This document shows positions 38,199-47,367 of a stretch of DNA of 52,394 nt, in pieces. Every line of letters begins with the position of its first letter. The stretch's first letter is position 1. The position numbers were made by a program, and so were the translations under genes. Source of the stretch: Nitrososphaeria archaeon (GTDB taxonomy: Archaea; Thermoproteota; Nitrososphaeria; Nitrososphaerales; JARVJX01); contig JARVJX010000002.1 in assembly GCA_029775995.1 (NCBI GenBank), forward strand, positions 1 to 52,394, in the 5' to 3' direction. The notes beneath the pieces were generated by a model, which saw only the letters and a program-made list of their open reading frames with translations, was not told the DNA's origin and made no database searches.

Positions 38199-39119
38199 AT
38201 GACTAAATCCTTTACAAATTTGAAGAATTTGGGTTTTATAGGATTGGGGAGAATGGGTAATTTGATGGCTAAAAATTTAATTAAAAGAGGCTATCTTCTT
38301 AATGTTTGGAATAGAACTATAGAAAAGGCTAAGGAATTATCAAGTTTAGGAGCCTCCATAGCAGAAAATCCAAAGGCTGTAGCTGAGAAAAGTGATGTAA
38401 TCATATGTATGCTTGCTAATCCTTTAGTTACTGAAGATGTTATCCTTGGGAAAGAGAAGTATATAGGAATATCAGTCTCTGATGGAATTAGCAAGGATAA
38501 GATGGTAATAGATATGAGTACAAATAACCCAAAGGTCGTTAAAAGAATGGCAAACACTTTGAAAGATAAAGGTTGTGAGCTTATAGATGCCCCCGTTATG
38601 GGTAGTATAAATCTTGCCGCTGAAGGCGGTTTAACCATTCTTGCCTCTGGTAGAGAAGAGAGTGTGAACTTTGTAAAACCTATTTTGGAGGCTATGGGTA
38701 AAAAGGTCTGGTATATAGGAGAGGTAGGTTTAGCCTCTTCTCTTAAACTCATACTTAATACCCATCTATGGATAATGCTTGGAGCCTTTTGTGAGACTTT
38801 AACCTTAGCAGCTAAGGTAGGAATCGATACAAAGCTAATGTTAGAGGTTTTAAATAGTAGCCCTTTAAAGACTTTCGTCTCAGAAACTAAAGCTAAAAAG
38901 GTTTTAGAAAGAGATTGGAGACCTGCTGCAACCTTAGAGATAGCCTTAAAGGATTTAAATCTTGCAGTAGATATGGCTGAAGAAGCTTATGTTCCCATAC
39001 CTCTTGCCAATCTAATCAAAGATTTGTTTATAGCAGGAATAGCAAAGGGTCTAAAAGATTTAGATTATAGCGCCTTAATTTGCTTATATGAGAGCTTAGC
39101 AAAGGTTAAAGTTTCCTAA
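38199..39119 (+). CDS. NAD(P)-dependent beta-hydroxyacid dehydrogenase (3-hydroxyisobutyrate dehydrogenase/GarR family)
   Basis: GFIGLGRMG, WNRT, DMST, DAPVMGS, catalytic K (SLKL..N), KDL. Confidence 0.92.
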   Translation: MTKSFTNLKNLGFIGLGRMGNLMAKNLIKRGYLLNVWNRTIEKAKELSSLGASIAENPKAVAEKSDVIICMLANPLVTEDVILGKEKYIGISVSDGISKDKMVIDMSTNNPKVVKRMANTLKDKGCELIDAPVMGSINLAAEGGLTILASGREESVNFVKPILEAMGKKVWYIGEVGLASSLKLILNTHLWIMLGAFCETLTLAAKVGIDTKLMLEVLNSSPLKTFVSETKAKKVLERDWRPAATLEIALKDLNLAVDMAEEAYVPIPLANLIKDLFIAGIAKGLKDLDYSALICLYESLAKVKVS

Positions 39120-40069
39120 AGGGTTGTTATAGGTCTGGATTGTAAAATATAAATTTTATTCTCTTCTATACACCACTCTATATCTTGAGGATGCTTAAAG
39201 TATTCTTCTATTCTCTTAGCCATTTTACATAAATTGTAAATTTCTGAATCAGAAAGGGACTCTGAATTTGCTAAATCTTTGGGAATTTCTTCCATCTTTG
39301 TTCCTTTTCCTTTGTAGAAATCATAAACCACCTTTACTCTTTTGTTTGATATAATACGATGAATAGTTTTACAAAGGTTTTTGTTTACTACATAGTGATC
39401 TGGTGTAACAGAGCCAGATACTAAGGCTTCACCTAAACCCCAAACCGATTCTATGATCATTTGCTCTGGGTTTCTAGTTATGGGATGATAAGTAAAGATT
39501 ACACCAGATTTTTCTGAATTTATCATGCTCTGTACTATTACAGCCATGCTAGCATCCTCATGCTTAATATTTCTAGTTTGTCTATAAATCAGGGCTCTTG
39601 GTGTAAATAGGGATAGCCAACACCCTTTAATGCATTCCATAAATTCATCTTCAGAAACATAGAGATAGGTTTCGTGAATACCAGCAAAACTAGATTGGGG
39701 TAAATCTTCAGCTATTGAAGAACTTCTAATAGCAACATGATGGTTTTTTTCTCTGAGCACCTTATAGTACTTTATAACTTCATCTGTAATTGCCTTGGGG
39801 ATCAAAATTTTTGAAAAGACTTCAGATATGGATAAATGAGTCCTTTCTATGGATTTTATATCCTTATAATCTATACTATCCAAGAGGGGTTTTATCTTAT
39901 CTATTATTCCAGTATTATAAAGAAAATCCTTGTAGGCATTAGCTTTAAGGACATAACCTTTAGGAATAGGGATATGAAGCTTTATTAGCTCACCCAAATT
40001 TGCCGCTTTCGCTCCAACAGATTCTAAATTATATCTGGAAACCTCTTCTAACCAAGAAACATAGTTCAT
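39116..40069 (-). CDS. Stand-alone ATP-binding (PPDK_N) subunit of a PEP-synthase-like phosphotransferase (PpsB/CreH-like)
   Basis: VGAKAANLGEL, AIRSS..AED...SFAGIHET, VIVQ.M, SGV.FT, WGLGEALVSG.VTPD, PQDIEW, ILQSRPIT, then stop. No phospho-His or pyruvate domain. Confidence 0.9.
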   Translation of the reverse strand: MNYVSWLEEVSRYNLESVGAKAANLGELIKLHIPIPKGYVLKANAYKDFLYNTGIIDKIKPLLDSIDYKDIKSIERTHLSISEVFSKILIPKAITDEVIKYYKVLREKNHHVAIRSSSIAEDLPQSSFAGIHETYLYVSEDEFMECIKGCWLSLFTPRALIYRQTRNIKHEDASMAVIVQSMINSEKSGVIFTYHPITRNPEQMIIESVWGLGEALVSGSVTPDHYVVNKNLCKTIHRIISNKRVKVVYDFYKGKGTKMEEIPKDLANSESLSDSEIYNLCKMAKRIEEYFKHPQDIEWCIEENKIYILQSRPITTL

Positions 40070-40080
40070 AATAACTCACC

Positions 40081-40974
40081 TTAAATCAAAAGCTTCTCCA
40101 CTTCATCTATTAAAAGTTGAGGGTTAGGAGCACGTATTAGAAAGTAAGGAATACTTGATAATCTCTTTACAAACTTTGCTCTATTTTCACGTAGTAAGTT
40201 GTTATCTAAAAGGGGCATAGCAACATTTGAGCATATAAGGGTAGATAAGGCGTAAAAGGAACTTATACTGTAAAAGGTCTGATATTCTCTCTCAAAAGGG
40301 TTTAGATCAATCACATGAATATCAAAGTTACCATCTATATCTGGTAGTATGATTAAATCTGGTTTTGCTGGCAGTTCATAATAAGTAAAGTTGGGTAGTT
40401 CTTTAAAGAACTTTGCAACCCCATCTTTTGTTGATGGCTTATCGGACCTTTCAGTACCCTTTAAACGCTTTTTAAGAAATACATCCCTTGTTCCAGATAG
40501 TATTAAACCTTTTTTATCACAAATTAAGCTTTCAGTTCCAATGACCTTTCCCTTTCTATTTGAGGCTTCTATTAAACACATGGTCTTACCGTGATTTTCT
40601 TCACCACTAAGAAAAATTATGTTTTTACTCTTATAATTTAAGGCTGCTGCATGTAGTGGATAAAGCTCGTTCTCTTCTAACCTCTTTACCAATATGGAAA
40701 CTAAAATACGCTGAACTTCGCCTTCGCTCCAATTTCCCTTTAGCAAAAGCGTATCATTACGTAATAGTATATTCTTAGAATCTTTATCATCTTCTATAAT
40801 AATATCGGGATTAGGCTTGCTTGTTTCTTTGCTAAACTCTAATACACCTAGTCTGTAAATTAAATAAGTACTATCTCCAAAGTATTTTTCTAATAAATTA
40901 TCCTCTGAATCAACACGAACCTTGGCTTTAAGGCACTTAATTTCTATCGATGCTTTAGCTTTATTGCCCATCAT
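40081..40974 (-). CDS. HPr-kinase-like P-loop protein with a deviant Walker A
   Basis: PLHAAAL...IIFLSGEENHGKT...VIGTES resembles the HPrK-related LHA...GxxGxGKT...DD arrangement. Confidence 0.6.
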   Translation of the reverse strand: MMGNKAKASIEIKCLKAKVRVDSEDNLLEKYFGDSTYLIYRLGVLEFSKETSKPNPDIIIEDDKDSKNILLRNDTLLLKGNWSEGEVQRILVSILVKRLEENELYPLHAAALNYKSKNIIFLSGEENHGKTMCLIEASNRKGKVIGTESLICDKKGLILSGTRDVFLKKRLKGTERSDKPSTKDGVAKFFKELPNFTYYELPAKPDLIILPDIDGNFDIHVIDLNPFEREYQTFYSISSFYALSTLICSNVAMPLLDNNLLRENRAKFVKRLSSIPYFLIRAPNPQLLIDEVEKLLI

Positions 40975-41010
40975 TAAAAAGGTTCAATAAAGTAGAAATA
41001 TATATTTAAG

Positions 41011-41400
41011 CTAAAGGAATAGCCTACCAAATTTAAGAAGAAAATTAATTTTACCTTTATTTCTCTCTTGAACTATTTGGCTAATCCTTCTGAATCTTAC
41101 AGCATCAGTTATAGAGCCTGATATTTGATATAGCTTCTTCACAAAGGCTTCCTCCTGATCTATCTCACCCATAATTATTCTGTAAAAAGTTTGTGATTCA
41201 CAAGTTATAGTGGCTGATGCATTACCTACTTTACCATCTTTTAAAACCATTTTACCATTTTTTATTTCAACATAAAAAGGTTCTTCTCCATACAGCTCAA
41301 ATTGTATTAAACTTTCCATACTTTCTAGCATTTGCTTTGCTTCCTCTGTACGATTAGCAAGAAATATCAATCCTTTAAGAGCCCTTAAACATTTACCCAT
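41011..41400 (-). CDS. SCP2 sterol/lipid-binding domain protein
   Basis: IQFEL....FYVEIKNG...A.ATIT......I..GE.D...AF......ISG pattern. Confidence 0.8.
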   Translation of the reverse strand: MGKCLRALKGLIFLANRTEEAKQMLESMESLIQFELYGEEPFYVEIKNGKMVLKDGKVGNASATITCESQTFYRIIMGEIDQEEAFVKKLYQISGSITDAVRFRRISQIVQERNKGKINFLLKFGRLFL

Positions 41401-41453
41401 GACCTCATTAACGAGCCATAAACTTTAAATTTTTCTAAAGGATACAATATAGA
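41401..41453. promoter_or_regulatory. Compact bidirectional promoter
   Basis: 53-bp spacer with a self-complementary TTTAAA at 41424-41429, about 24 nt from each divergent start codon. Confidence 0.45.
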
Positions 41454-42335
41454 ATGCCTGAGCTTGGATATTTTGCCCCTGATGAGTATTTAAAACCTAA
41501 TTCCATAGAGGAAGTAGTTAATCTTCTTCAGAGATATGGAGATAAAGCAAGAATAGTAGCAGGAGGAACGGCCCTTTACGAGTTAGCGAAAAGGGGTATG
41601 ATTCCTCAGGTGAAGAAAATGATAGATTTGGAATATTTGAATTTAAGGTATGTACGCTCTGATGAAGAAGGAATAAAGATAGGTTGTATGGTAAAGATAT
41701 ACGAGCTTGCTAATAGCCCCATCTTAGATATTCATCCCTATTACTCTATAAAGGAAGCAGCCCTTAACATAAGACCTGTTCAAATAAGGAATATGGCTAC
41801 CGTTGGGGGAGAAATTTGTTCAGCTATTCCCTTCCTAGATTTACCAACTGTTTTTCTAGCCTTAGATGCAAAATTAAGGATAATTGGACCAAAGGGAGAA
41901 AGGAAAATTGACATGGATGGTTTTTATTTTGATTATTTTCTTACATCTTTAGGTAATGGTGAGTTTGTTATAGAGGTTATGATACCTAAGTTACCAGATA
42001 AAACTGGTAGTGCCTTTTTAAAGTTTGAAAGGACGGCTGTAGATTTGCCTTTGGTAAATGTCGGAGTTAGTTTGATGAATAAAAATGGTGAGTGCAAGAA
42101 TGTAAGAATTGCCTTAGGAGGGGGGAGAACTCATGTAAGGATTAAAAGCTTGGAAAGGGCTTTAGAAGGAAAAAGGTTCAATGATAAGATTTTAGATGAT
42201 ATAGTTCAAAGCTTATCTGATGAGTTTAAACCTATAAGCAGTGCCCACGCATCCACTGAGTATAAACTTGAAATTGCAAAAATACTGTTAAGAGATGCCT
42301 TACTTATAGCCTATAAGAGAAGCCAAGGTGATTAA
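41454..42335 (+). CDS. Xanthine dehydrogenase family FAD-binding (medium) subunit
   Basis: AGGT.L, QIRNMATVGG, D, ASTEYK. No extra 4Fe-4S insertion. Confidence 0.92.
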   Translation: MPELGYFAPDEYLKPNSIEEVVNLLQRYGDKARIVAGGTALYELAKRGMIPQVKKMIDLEYLNLRYVRSDEEGIKIGCMVKIYELANSPILDIHPYYSIKEAALNIRPVQIRNMATVGGEICSAIPFLDLPTVFLALDAKLRIIGPKGERKIDMDGFYFDYFLTSLGNGEFVIEVMIPKLPDKTGSAFLKFERTAVDLPLVNVGVSLMNKNGECKNVRIALGGGRTHVRIKSLERALEGKRFNDKILDDIVQSLSDEFKPISSAHASTEYKLEIAKILLRDALLIAYKRSQGD

Positions 42336-42813
42336 ATTAAGCAGAAAGATTACTTTAAATGTTAATGGTAAGAACTATGAGGTTTTATGTGAAGCTGGGG
42401 AAAATTTACGGGATGTTCTTAGAGAAAAATTGGGTTTTTTAGGGGTTAAGAAGGGTTGTGATTTTGGTGGTTGTGGTGCCTGCACTGTGATAATTGATGA
42501 TAATGCCGTATATTCATGTATGACCTGGGCTTATAAAGCTGAAGGAAAAAAAATCACCACCATAGAAGGATTATCCTCTGGAAGGCCTTTACATCCTGTT
42601 CAAGAGGCCTTTATAGCTTTAAGTGCCTCTCAATGTGGTTATTGCACTCCTGGAATAGTTATGTCAGCTCTTGCTTTACTAAATAAAAATCCTAAACCAT
42701 CGTTTGAAGAAATTAAAGAGGCTTTAGCTGGTAATATGTGCCGCTGCACAGGGTATGTTAGATATATTAAAGCCATAGTTAATGCCTGTAAGAATTTAAA
42801 GAAGTTTGAATAA
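42328..42813 (+). CDS. Xanthine dehydrogenase family 2x[2Fe-2S] (small) subunit
   Basis: GCDFGGCGACTV...SC; QCGYCTPG...NMCRCTGY. Confidence 0.95.
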   Translation: MIKLSRKITLNVNGKNYEVLCEAGENLRDVLREKLGFLGVKKGCDFGGCGACTVIIDDNAVYSCMTWAYKAEGKKITTIEGLSSGRPLHPVQEAFIALSASQCGYCTPGIVMSALALLNKNPKPSFEEIKEALAGNMCRCTGYVRYIKAIVNACKNLKKFE

Positions 42814-42853
42814 AATAAAAGTTTATATGAACCATCTATTAAACAAATTATTA

Positions 42854-44554
42854 ATGAATGCTGAAGATGAATACGTATTCGGGTCTAAAGTAATAGGAAA
42901 GTTCTTTGGTGATACAAAATTTCCAGTAGAATGGTCCAATGAAGATGAGAAAAAGCTCCATTGGTGGTTTGATGATTTACATTGCCCGCATCCTTTATCC
43001 TTCATGTATGAAAATATCGGTGTAACTGCATCTTGGAATGTTAGATATGCCTTTAGAAGGTTTCGCTTCCCCCAATCTAAAGATTGGATACAAAAGCTCT
43101 TTAATAGATATTTACATACTGCCCTTATACCAAGAGAGCCTGAAGAAGCTAAGCGTTATGAAGCCTATTATAACATGATATTCCCAGTATATATTAAAAA
43201 ATTTCCAGAATGGTGGAAAACAAGATATGAACCAGAGCTTAAAAGAAATTTAGATTACCTTGATAACTTTGATTATGAAAAGGCTTCACTGGCAGAACTA
43301 ATGGTTCTCTTAGAGGATGCTTTGGATATAAATGATAGACATTGGGAGATTCACTGGATACTCAACTTTGCCCAATTCTTTAGCTTCATAAGATTTAGAC
43401 AAGTGTATGCGGAAATCTTTGGAGAAATAAAGGAAGAGGATGAAGAAGAGATACAAAAGATGCTTACAAGCTTTGAAGATAAGAATTGGGATGCCATAAA
43501 ACACCTCTGGTTAATGAAGGAGAGGGTCAAAGCAAGTCCTAATCTAACTAATATATTCAAAAGAGAAAATGCAAAGGAGATACTTGAAGCCTTGAATAAG
43601 GATTCAGAAGGTAAAGAATTTATGTTAGAATTTGAAGAGTTTTTAAAGGAATTCGGGGCTAAAGCCATCTATGCTCACGAGTATATATATCCTACTTGGA
43701 GGGATGAACCTTCTGCAGTTATTGAGCTTATAAGAACCTACCTTATAATGGATTACAACTTCTATGAGCATTTTTACAGGCTTAAAAATGTTAGGGATGA
43801 AGCTATCAAAAAGATGTTTGATAGAGAAATGAAGGAAGAGCAAAGGAAGAAATTGAGTGAAGCTCTTAACGATGCTTTAACTTTAGCTCCCTTAACTCCA
43901 AATCACCATTTCTATATTGACCAAGGAACCAATGCAAGAATGAGGCAGGTATTTTTAGAAATAGGAAAGAAGCTTGTAAAGGAGAATGTAATTGATAAGC
44001 CTGAGGATATATTCTTCTTATACTATGAAGAGTTACGTGATATAGCATCTAACCCGAACTTTTTGAATGCTAAAGTTTTAATCGAAAGGAGAAGAAAAGA
44101 ATGGGAGGAAGCCCATAAATTGATTCCGCCTCCCTTTTTAGGAACTGTAACTGAATGGTCAGCAAAGGAAGAAGCATGGAAAGTTGGTTTGTGGGGATGG
44201 CAGTTGCCAGAACCTACAAAGAAGGTTAAAGAAGATTTATTGCATGGTTTAGCAGCTTCTCCTGGAGTTGTTGAAGGAATAGCAAGAGTAGTAGTTTCTG
44301 TTGAAGAGTTTGATAAGGTTAAGCCTGGAGATATTTTGGTCTGTGATATGACAAATCCGGCCTGGGTCCCTCTATTTCCAAAAATTAAGGGCTTGGTTAC
44401 CGATTCTGGAGGTTTACTATCTCATCCAGCCATCACTGCGAGAGAATTTAGAATTCCTGCTGTAATTGGTACTGCTATGGCCACAAAGAAGGTAAAAAGT
44501 GGTCAAAGGATAAGGGTTGATGGTAGTAAAGGTATCGTTGAGATACTTAAATAG
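42854..44554 (+). CDS. Phospho-histidine/substrate-binding subunit of a PEP-utilising phosphotransferase (phenylphosphate synthase PpsA/CreI-like)
   Basis: C-terminal swivel domain GLAASPG.VEG.ARV...TNPAW...TDSGG.LSHPAI.AREF.IPAV. N-terminal WWFDDLHCPHP, HWEIHWILN, NHHFYIDQ, EDIFFL, PPPFLG align with motifs I recall from Thauera PpsA. Start ATG 42854 inferred (ORF track 42806). Confidence 0.85.
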   Translation: MNAEDEYVFGSKVIGKFFGDTKFPVEWSNEDEKKLHWWFDDLHCPHPLSFMYENIGVTASWNVRYAFRRFRFPQSKDWIQKLFNRYLHTALIPREPEEAKRYEAYYNMIFPVYIKKFPEWWKTRYEPELKRNLDYLDNFDYEKASLAELMVLLEDALDINDRHWEIHWILNFAQFFSFIRFRQVYAEIFGEIKEEDEEEIQKMLTSFEDKNWDAIKHLWLMKERVKASPNLTNIFKRENAKEILEALNKDSEGKEFMLEFEEFLKEFGAKAIYAHEYIYPTWRDEPSAVIELIRTYLIMDYNFYEHFYRLKNVRDEAIKKMFDREMKEEQRKKLSEALNDALTLAPLTPNHHFYIDQGTNARMRQVFLEIGKKLVKENVIDKPEDIFFLYYEELRDIASNPNFLNAKVLIERRRKEWEEAHKLIPPPFLGTVTEWSAKEEAWKVGLWGWQLPEPTKKVKEDLLHGLAASPGVVEGIARVVVSVEEFDKVKPGDILVCDMTNPAWVPLFPKIKGLVTDSGGLLSHPAITAREFRIPAVIGTAMATKKVKSGQRIRVDGSKGIVEILK

Positions 44555-44578
44555 TAAAATGATTAAGGGTAGAAGTCT

Positions 44579-46960
44579 TTGGGTACAGTTGAGTTAGAAA
44601 AAGAAAGAAAAAAAGAATTAATTTATGTAGGAAAAAATTTGCCTAGAATTGATTCCTTAGAGAAGGTTACAGGCTCGGCAAAATACTGTTATGACCTTTT
44701 TTTTCCCAATATGCTTTACGCAGCTGTTGTAAGTAGCAAGTATGCCCACGCTTTTATAAAGAGAATAGATACTACTGAAGCCCTTAAATTACAGGGAGTC
44801 AGAGCTATCATCACTTCTGAGGATGTACCAAAGAAAAGAAAAGGTCAACTATTTTTTGATAGGCCAATAATTACTAAAAAAGCTAGGTATATAGGAGATG
44901 TTATAGCAGCTATAGCTGCTGATACTGAAGAAATTGCTTATGAAGCCGCAAGGAAAATTAAGGTTGAGTATGAGAAACTTCCAGCGATTTTTGATGTAAA
45001 AGAAGCCTTTAACATAAATCCAAAGGTAATAGTACATGAAGACTTAGATGAGCTTATAGAAGCCAGTCAAGGTCATCCTTTATTTGAGCAAGATGCCCCT
45101 TTTTTTAGAAAAATTTTAAAAGATAGGCCTAATGTATTTGCTAACTTCGAAGGTGAAATTGGTGAGGTAGATAAAGCCTTTAAAGAAGCTGATTTTATAG
45201 TTGAAAATGAGTTTAAAACAGGTAGGGTTTATCACGCTGCTGTGGAACCTCATGTAGCTATAGCGAATTATAACCAACATACTGGAGAAGTGACCATTTG
45301 GAGTTCATGCCAATGCCCTTATAGAGCTAAGATGGAACTGTGTTATTTGTTTGATCTTGAGCCCTCTAAAGTAACCTTCATAAATCCTTATGTAGGGGGA
45401 GGTTTTGGTTCCAAAGGCTATCTAACCATAGAGGATATAGCTTTAGCTCTCTCTATGAAGACAAATAGAGCCGTTAGATTAGCCTATAGTAGAAGAACCG
45501 ATTTTCTAAGCACAGTTATAAGAAATGCTACCTACTCCCGTATAAGGGATGCTGTAAAGAATGGTAAGATATTAGCAAGAGAAATGGAAGTATTATTTGA
45601 TGCTGGAGCCTACAATGATGCAACCTTTAAATTTACAAGAAGTGCCATCTTTGCAGCTATAGCCTCTTATTCAATACCAAACTTCAGATTTAAATGCTAT
45701 GGAGTTTACACAAATACACCAGTAGGTGGAGCTTATAGAGGCTTTGGGATACAGCAGGTCCTTTGGCCTGTAGAGAGGCAGATGGATATTTTAGCTGAAA
45801 AGTTATCTATTGATCCAGTGGAGATAAGGAAAAGGCATTTACCAAAAAAAGATGGCTTAAATCCATTATCTAAAGAAAGCTTAGGGGATGTAAAAGCCAA
45901 TGAGTGCTTGGAAAAGGTTATTGAAGCAATAGATTACTATAATAAGAAGAGTGAGAAAAAGAGTAATGGGAAATGGAAAAAGGGAATTGGTATTACCATG
46001 GCAAATAAGCCTATCCATTTACATCATCCTTCAGCTACAGTAAAGATAGATATGAATGGCTTTGTTGAGGTTAGAGTGGGAGTTCAAGAAATTGGAACAG
46101 GCTCTTTAACGGCTTTAGCCCAGATTTCCTCAGAAGCATTAAAAACACCTATGGAAAAGGTAAAGATAGTATGGGGGGATACAAGACTTACACCCTATGA
46201 TGAGGGTACTGCTGGAAGTCGTGTTACAGCTCTTACAGGAAATGCGGTGCTTAGAGCCTGTATGAAAGCTAGGGAAAAGGCCCTTAAACTTGCTTCAAAA
46301 AAATTAGGAATACCATGGCACGAATTAGAATATAAAAATGGTGAAATATTTTCAAAATCCTTTCAAGATAAGAAAATTCATATAAACGAACTTTTTTATA
46401 AAACCATGTATGGTTTACCTAGTGCATCTATTGAGCATGGAGAAATAATAGGCAATGCTATATACGACCTTAAAGAAGAAACTTCAGGCTTAAGAAGATT
46501 TCATCAATCCTATACTTGGGGAGCTCAAGGTATGGAGTTAGAGGTTAACACTGAAACGGGTAAAGTAAATATTCTAAAGGTTATAACGGCTATAGATGTT
46601 GGTAAAGCGATTAATCCAGAGTTAGTGAAATCACAGATTGAGGGAGGCGTTGCCATGGGAATAGGTTTGGCTCTTTACGAAGAGCTGATTTTAAATGAGC
46701 AGGGTGAAATAATAAATGAACACTTCTTAGATTACAAAATTCCAACACCCTTTGAACTCCCTTTAGATATGGAAACTATTATCGTTGAATCTTATGATTC
46801 CTATGGCCCCTTTGGGGCTAAAGCAGTGGGAGAATTTCCATTATGTATAACTCCACAAACAGTAGCTTCTGCTATCTATGATGCCATAGGTATCCAATTC
46901 TATGAGATACCTATAACATCTGAAAAGATATTTTTTGCGATTCATGGTGTAAGAAAATAA
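44579..46960 (+). CDS. Xanthine dehydrogenase family molybdopterin (large) subunit
   Basis: R.D..EKVTG.A.Y, EPH, SCQ, VGGGFGSK, GAYRGFG, EIGTG, GTAGSR, QIEGG, GAKAVGE (catalytic Glu). Confidence 0.95.
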   Translation: MGTVELEKERKKELIYVGKNLPRIDSLEKVTGSAKYCYDLFFPNMLYAAVVSSKYAHAFIKRIDTTEALKLQGVRAIITSEDVPKKRKGQLFFDRPIITKKARYIGDVIAAIAADTEEIAYEAARKIKVEYEKLPAIFDVKEAFNINPKVIVHEDLDELIEASQGHPLFEQDAPFFRKILKDRPNVFANFEGEIGEVDKAFKEADFIVENEFKTGRVYHAAVEPHVAIANYNQHTGEVTIWSSCQCPYRAKMELCYLFDLEPSKVTFINPYVGGGFGSKGYLTIEDIALALSMKTNRAVRLAYSRRTDFLSTVIRNATYSRIRDAVKNGKILAREMEVLFDAGAYNDATFKFTRSAIFAAIASYSIPNFRFKCYGVYTNTPVGGAYRGFGIQQVLWPVERQMDILAEKLSIDPVEIRKRHLPKKDGLNPLSKESLGDVKANECLEKVIEAIDYYNKKSEKKSNGKWKKGIGITMANKPIHLHHPSATVKIDMNGFVEVRVGVQEIGTGSLTALAQISSEALKTPMEKVKIVWGDTRLTPYDEGTAGSRVTALTGNAVLRACMKAREKALKLASKKLGIPWHELEYKNGEIFSKSFQDKKIHINELFYKTMYGLPSASIEHGEIIGNAIYDLKEETSGLRRFHQSYTWGAQGMELEVNTETGKVNILKVITAIDVGKAINPELVKSQIEGGVAMGIGLALYEELILNEQGEIINEHFLDYKIPTPFELPLDMETIIVESYDSYGPFGAKAVGEFPLCITPQTVASAIYDAIGIQFYEIPITSEKIFFAIHGVRK

Positions 46961-47367
46961 CTGATTTTTTCTGATAAGTTTGCTTTGTGGCTTAATTCGC
47001 TTTTTTCTCATTCACATTAATATTTTCGTACAAATGCTTGGTGCTATTTTCCGAAAGATTTAATCTAAATGACTATAACGGAACAAGGAATCCGAACTTT
47101 ATAATTAAGCCACAAACCTATAAGTTTTAATGATTCAATTTGCTTTTACCAAGTATTTTGTATTATAATGCTTCATATATAAAATAAAACTCACTTATTC
47201 TTCTTTCTTATTCTTTTTAAGGAAGCATTATAGAAGAAGAACCTTAAAACCCATAAACCTCCCCCAGAAAAATTGAGAGAATTGGACTTAGAAGATCTTA
47301 TAAAGGATTTATGGACTCAAGTTAAATATTATAATAGATATTTCCAAACATTCTTTAACTCTTTAAG

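Noticed and set aside
38008-38202. 64-aa ORF upstream of the dehydrogenase
   Set aside because: Low-complexity AT-rich frame overlapping a probable promoter; likely spurious.
39116-40069. Truncated or pseudogenised PEP synthase
   Set aside because: Ends cleanly at the domain boundary (SRPITTL), and the complementary phospho-His subunit is encoded nearby, as in two-subunit aryl phosphotransferases.
41454-46960. Aerobic CO dehydrogenase or 4-hydroxybenzoyl-CoA reductase
   Set aside because: The large subunit has AYRGFG, not AYxCSFR; the FAD subunit lacks the 4Fe-4S insertion characteristic of HcrB.
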